A DNA stretch of 60,521 bases, from the NCBI GenBank assembly GCA_001513285.1, contig LFTI01000087.1, positions 1-60,521 of the forward strand. Reading direction: 5' to 3'. How positions within the stretch are numbered: the stretch's first letter is position 1; every line of letters starts with the position of its first letter. Origin of the DNA: Rikenellaceae bacterium DTU049. Lineage in GTDB: Bacteria > Bacteroidota > Bacteroidia > Bacteroidales > DTU049. The position numbers were made by a program, and so were the translations under genes. This document shows positions 57,563 through 60,521 of the stretch, piece after piece. Under the pieces are notes generated by a model that was not told where the DNA came from, did not search any database, and saw nothing but the letters and a program-made list of their open reading frames with translations.

Positions 57563-60196
57563 ATGAAAAGATTGAAATTATTTATATTATTTTCATTAAT
57601 AATATCGACGGCAATAGCTTTTGGACAAAACCCAACCATTAATTTAAATGCTAGTACACATAATACTGAAATAGAAGCTTGTGGATATTGGTTTTATGAT
57701 GATGGAGGTTCTGGTGGCAACTACTCTAATAATCAAGATAGATGGATAACTTTTTATTCTACTGATCCCACATATAATCACATAAAAATAGAATTCGCAT
57801 CTATGGATTTAGGTGCTGGTGATACATTAATAATATATGATGGACCTAATACAAGCTCACCAGTATTAATAAGGTATTCTCAAGCTAATCCATTAACACC
57901 AGCTAACTCTGCTGTTCAAGCCACTATAAATAATCCTGGAGGCAGACTAACTGTTAGATTCAAGGCTGATGGAACTGGTAATGCTGCTGGATGGAATTCT
58001 GCTATTGGATGTATTAAAATGTGCCAAAGAATCACACCAGTTCTAGATAGTATATTAACTAATCCACTACCTACACCTGATTATTATATTAATTTATGTG
58101 CATATGATACTCTCACTTTAGCTGTGAAAACTGATTCTTCCACCTTTCCAGATAATCACATCATTTATAATCAAACACTAGCAAATACTACTTTTGCATG
58201 GGATATGGGTGATGGTACTACACTATATGGACCAGTTGTTAGTTATCATTATAATATACCATCAGGATACAATGTTTCATTATCCATTATAGACACTATG
58301 GGCTGTACAAATACTTTATCTTTTAACTTCAGAGTTAGAATAAGTGATAATCCTATCACAGGTGTTAATCCTGTGCCAGACATATGTGAAGGTGATTCAA
58401 TAATATTAACTAGCGGAATAAATTTGGGGAATATCGTTGTAATAGATCCATTCACTAATGAAGTAACAGCACAAGGCATATATGATTCTATTACTTTTAT
58501 TCCTGATGGACCTAATTGTCCTACACAATGCTATGGCACACCAGTTAGTTTTGATCAATTCCCTCCAGGTGCTACTGTACAGCAAGCTACTGATATCGAG
58601 TCTATATGTATATTTATGGAGCATTCTTATGCTGGTGATTTATCTTTTAAAATTATCTGTCCTAATGGGCAAAGTGTTATTTTAGATTCATACGATCAAA
58701 GTGGTGGTAATTATTTAGGACAAGCTTACGATTATTCATCAGGATGCGATCCCAATAATCCACAAAATGCTCCTGGCACACCTTGGCTCTATTGTTGGTC
58801 AGAGGTCTCTAATTATTCTTATCAAGGTACATTAAATGTAGTTGATAGGTTAGGACCCTCACCTATCCCTGCTACTGATACAATAAACCATACTAATTAT
58901 TTGATACCAGAAAATCCTCTTAGTAGTCTCATAGGTTGTCCACTAAATGGTACTTGGAGTATAGAAATTTGTGATTTATGGGGAGCGGATAATGGTTGGG
59001 TTTTTGAGTGGATGCTTACTTTGTCTAGTAGCTCTGGTGTAGCTGGCTGGCAATATTCTGTTGAGGTAGACTCTCTCGACTGGGGCGGGCCTTATTTTTA
59101 TCCTATTAATGATACTACTGTTCTATTCAAACCAGATAGTAGTGGCACATACAGTTTCTTAGTAACAGCTTATGACGAATATGGTTGTATATATAATTCT
59201 AATATGCCTATAAATTTAAATGTAATACCAAATCCTGTTGTTGATTTAGGTGATGATACAATATTATGTAACGGCACTATATTTACACTAACTCCAGGAC
59301 CCGATTTTGATGAATATTATTGGAGCAATTATTCTACGACTCCTAGCATCACAATAGATAGTGCTGGTATTTATTCTGTGACAGCTATAAATTATAATAG
59401 CAGTGGGTCAGTATCATGCTCTAGTAGTGATACTATTGAAATAATGTATGTACCTGTAGCATCTGTAGATTTAGGTCCAGATTTATGTGTTACAGAAGGT
59501 CCAATAATTTTAGATGCTTCTCAACCAGGATCGGGTTTTACTTATATCTGGTCTACAGGAGCAAATACTCCTTCTATACAAGTAAATAATTTAGGGAATT
59601 ATTGGGTTAAAGTATATTATGGTGATTCAAATGCCTGCGGCGATGCAGATACAATATATGTAAAATTGCTACCTACTCCTATAATAAATCTCCCAGAAGA
59701 GATTACCGCATGTCATAATGATATTTTCGAATTATCAGCTCTACAACCTCACAATCCTAATTTATATACCTACAAATGGTCTATAGGGTTAAAAGAACCA
59801 GTATATTATGTTTATCGTCCACCTGTAGGAATTTATCCTATAGAAGTAATGGTAATAGGTTGCGATACTGCTACTGCTACTGTAAATATGACAATCGAAG
59901 ATTGCACTATTTACCCACTAGTTATAGTACCTACTGCCTTCACTCCATATAATTCTGATGGGGTCAATGATTATTTTCATATTGTAGCTGATGGCATAAA
60001 AAAAGAAAACTTCTCATTTAGAATTCTTAATAAATGGGGAGAAACTATTTTCTATACTAATGATCCCAGTTTTAGATGGGATGGTAGATATAGAGGTGAT
60101 ATATGTCCCCAAGATGTTTATACTTATAAGATTAGCTATACTACAGAGAATAATATTACAAAAGATGAATATGGATATTTTATTTTACTACATTAA
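57563..60196 (+). CDS. T9SS type-B CTD surface protein with CUB-like, PKD and proprotein-convertase P-like domains
   Basis: FYDDGG..GNYSN, IYDGP, WDMGDG, MEHSY.GDL....CPNG, CPLNGTW....D.W..DNG, VPTAFTP..DG.ND.F..NKWG..WDG. Confidence 0.88.
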   Translation: MKRLKLFILFSLIISTAIAFGQNPTINLNASTHNTEIEACGYWFYDDGGSGGNYSNNQDRWITFYSTDPTYNHIKIEFASMDLGAGDTLIIYDGPNTSSPVLIRYSQANPLTPANSAVQATINNPGGRLTVRFKADGTGNAAGWNSAIGCIKMCQRITPVLDSILTNPLPTPDYYINLCAYDTLTLAVKTDSSTFPDNHIIYNQTLANTTFAWDMGDGTTLYGPVVSYHYNIPSGYNVSLSIIDTMGCTNTLSFNFRVRISDNPITGVNPVPDICEGDSIILTSGINLGNIVVIDPFTNEVTAQGIYDSITFIPDGPNCPTQCYGTPVSFDQFPPGATVQQATDIESICIFMEHSYAGDLSFKIICPNGQSVILDSYDQSGGNYLGQAYDYSSGCDPNNPQNAPGTPWLYCWSEVSNYSYQGTLNVVDRLGPSPIPATDTINHTNYLIPENPLSSLIGCPLNGTWSIEICDLWGADNGWVFEWMLTLSSSSGVAGWQYSVEVDSLDWGGPYFYPINDTTVLFKPDSSGTYSFLVTAYDEYGCIYNSNMPINLNVIPNPVVDLGDDTILCNGTIFTLTPGPDFDEYYWSNYSTTPSITIDSAGIYSVTAINYNSSGSVSCSSSDTIEIMYVPVASVDLGPDLCVTEGPIILDASQPGSGFTYIWSTGANTPSIQVNNLGNYWVKVYYGDSNACGDADTIYVKLLPTPIINLPEEITACHNDIFELSALQPHNPNLYTYKWSIGLKEPVYYVYRPPVGIYPIEVMVIGCDTATATVNMTIEDCTIYPLVIVPTAFTPYNSDGVNDYFHIVADGIKKENFSFRILNKWGETIFYTNDPSFRWDGRYRGDICPQDVYTYKISYTTENNITKDEYGYFILLH

Positions 60197-60278
60197 ATTC
60201 CCATCTTATTTAGAATTTTTTTTAATTTATAACATTTTTAAAAAATTTTATATAAATTTGCATTAAATATTAAATAAT

Positions 60279-60521
60279 ATGAAAAAAATTCTTTTGATTT
60301 TAGTTATAAATATGATTGCACATGTATCATATTCTCAACAATTTGATTCTAGATTAGAGCAACATTTTGGCAAAGATAAATTAATATTTTGGCAAAAAAA
60401 TTACCCTGATAGTTTAGGTTACTATGAGTTTGTAATAGATGATGCTTTTCTAATAATGGATGAAAAAATAGTAAGTGCTAGGCTGGGAGATGAAAAAGTA
60501 AAAGAAATAGAAATACCTAAC
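60279..60521 (+). CDS. Hypothetical secreted protein, paralog of 57146-57556 (runs off the window end)
   Basis: MKKILLILVINMIAHVSYSQQFDSRLEQHFGKDKLIFWQKNYPDSLGYYEFVID..., near-identical to the 57146 ORF; same upstream promoter (TAAATTTG 60253-60260). Confidence 0.88.
   Translation, partial: MKKILLILVINMIAHVSYSQQFDSRLEQHFGKDKLIFWQKNYPDSLGYYEFVIDDAFLIMDEKIVSARLGDEKVKEIEIPN

Overview
Very AT-rich chromosomal window from a Bacteroidota organism, probably Bacteroidales/Bacteroidia (TAnnTTTG promoters, T9SS cargo proteins, purH-mreBCD and thrS-infC-rpmI-rplT gene order). Most of it is housekeeping: SRP RNA, tRNA-Pro and tRNA-Arg, ribF, nadK, comEC, mrp-nifU, murD, an RND efflux operon, pyrC, ruvC, rubrerythrin and an RprX/RprY-like two-component system. 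Clusters of large T9SS-secreted surface proteins sit at both ends. The most unusual signal is three dispersed, divergent but intact IS1595-family transposase-like genes (9080-10087, 21943-22935, 32723-33730). Each lacks an intact catalytic triad by motif comparison. Each has a predicted promoter and a TGTT-initiated box 63-64 nt upstream of the ATG, repeated in inverted form at the 3' end of two copies. Each gene end lies at a local switch from G-rich to C-rich sequence that extends into neighbouring host DNA. This may be a domesticated transposase-derived DNA-binding system. Other points of interest: a candidate sRNA behind four phased TTAAC repeats at the two-component system, a degenerate transaldolase, a MurD2-like ligase, an aeRF1-like (Balon/baeRF-type) protein, a duplicated small-protein/T9SS-cargo cassette, a strong Shine-Dalgarno at rplT, and ISL3-like MITE ends with nested palindromes. 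All family assignments are by motif recognition; no database searches were run.
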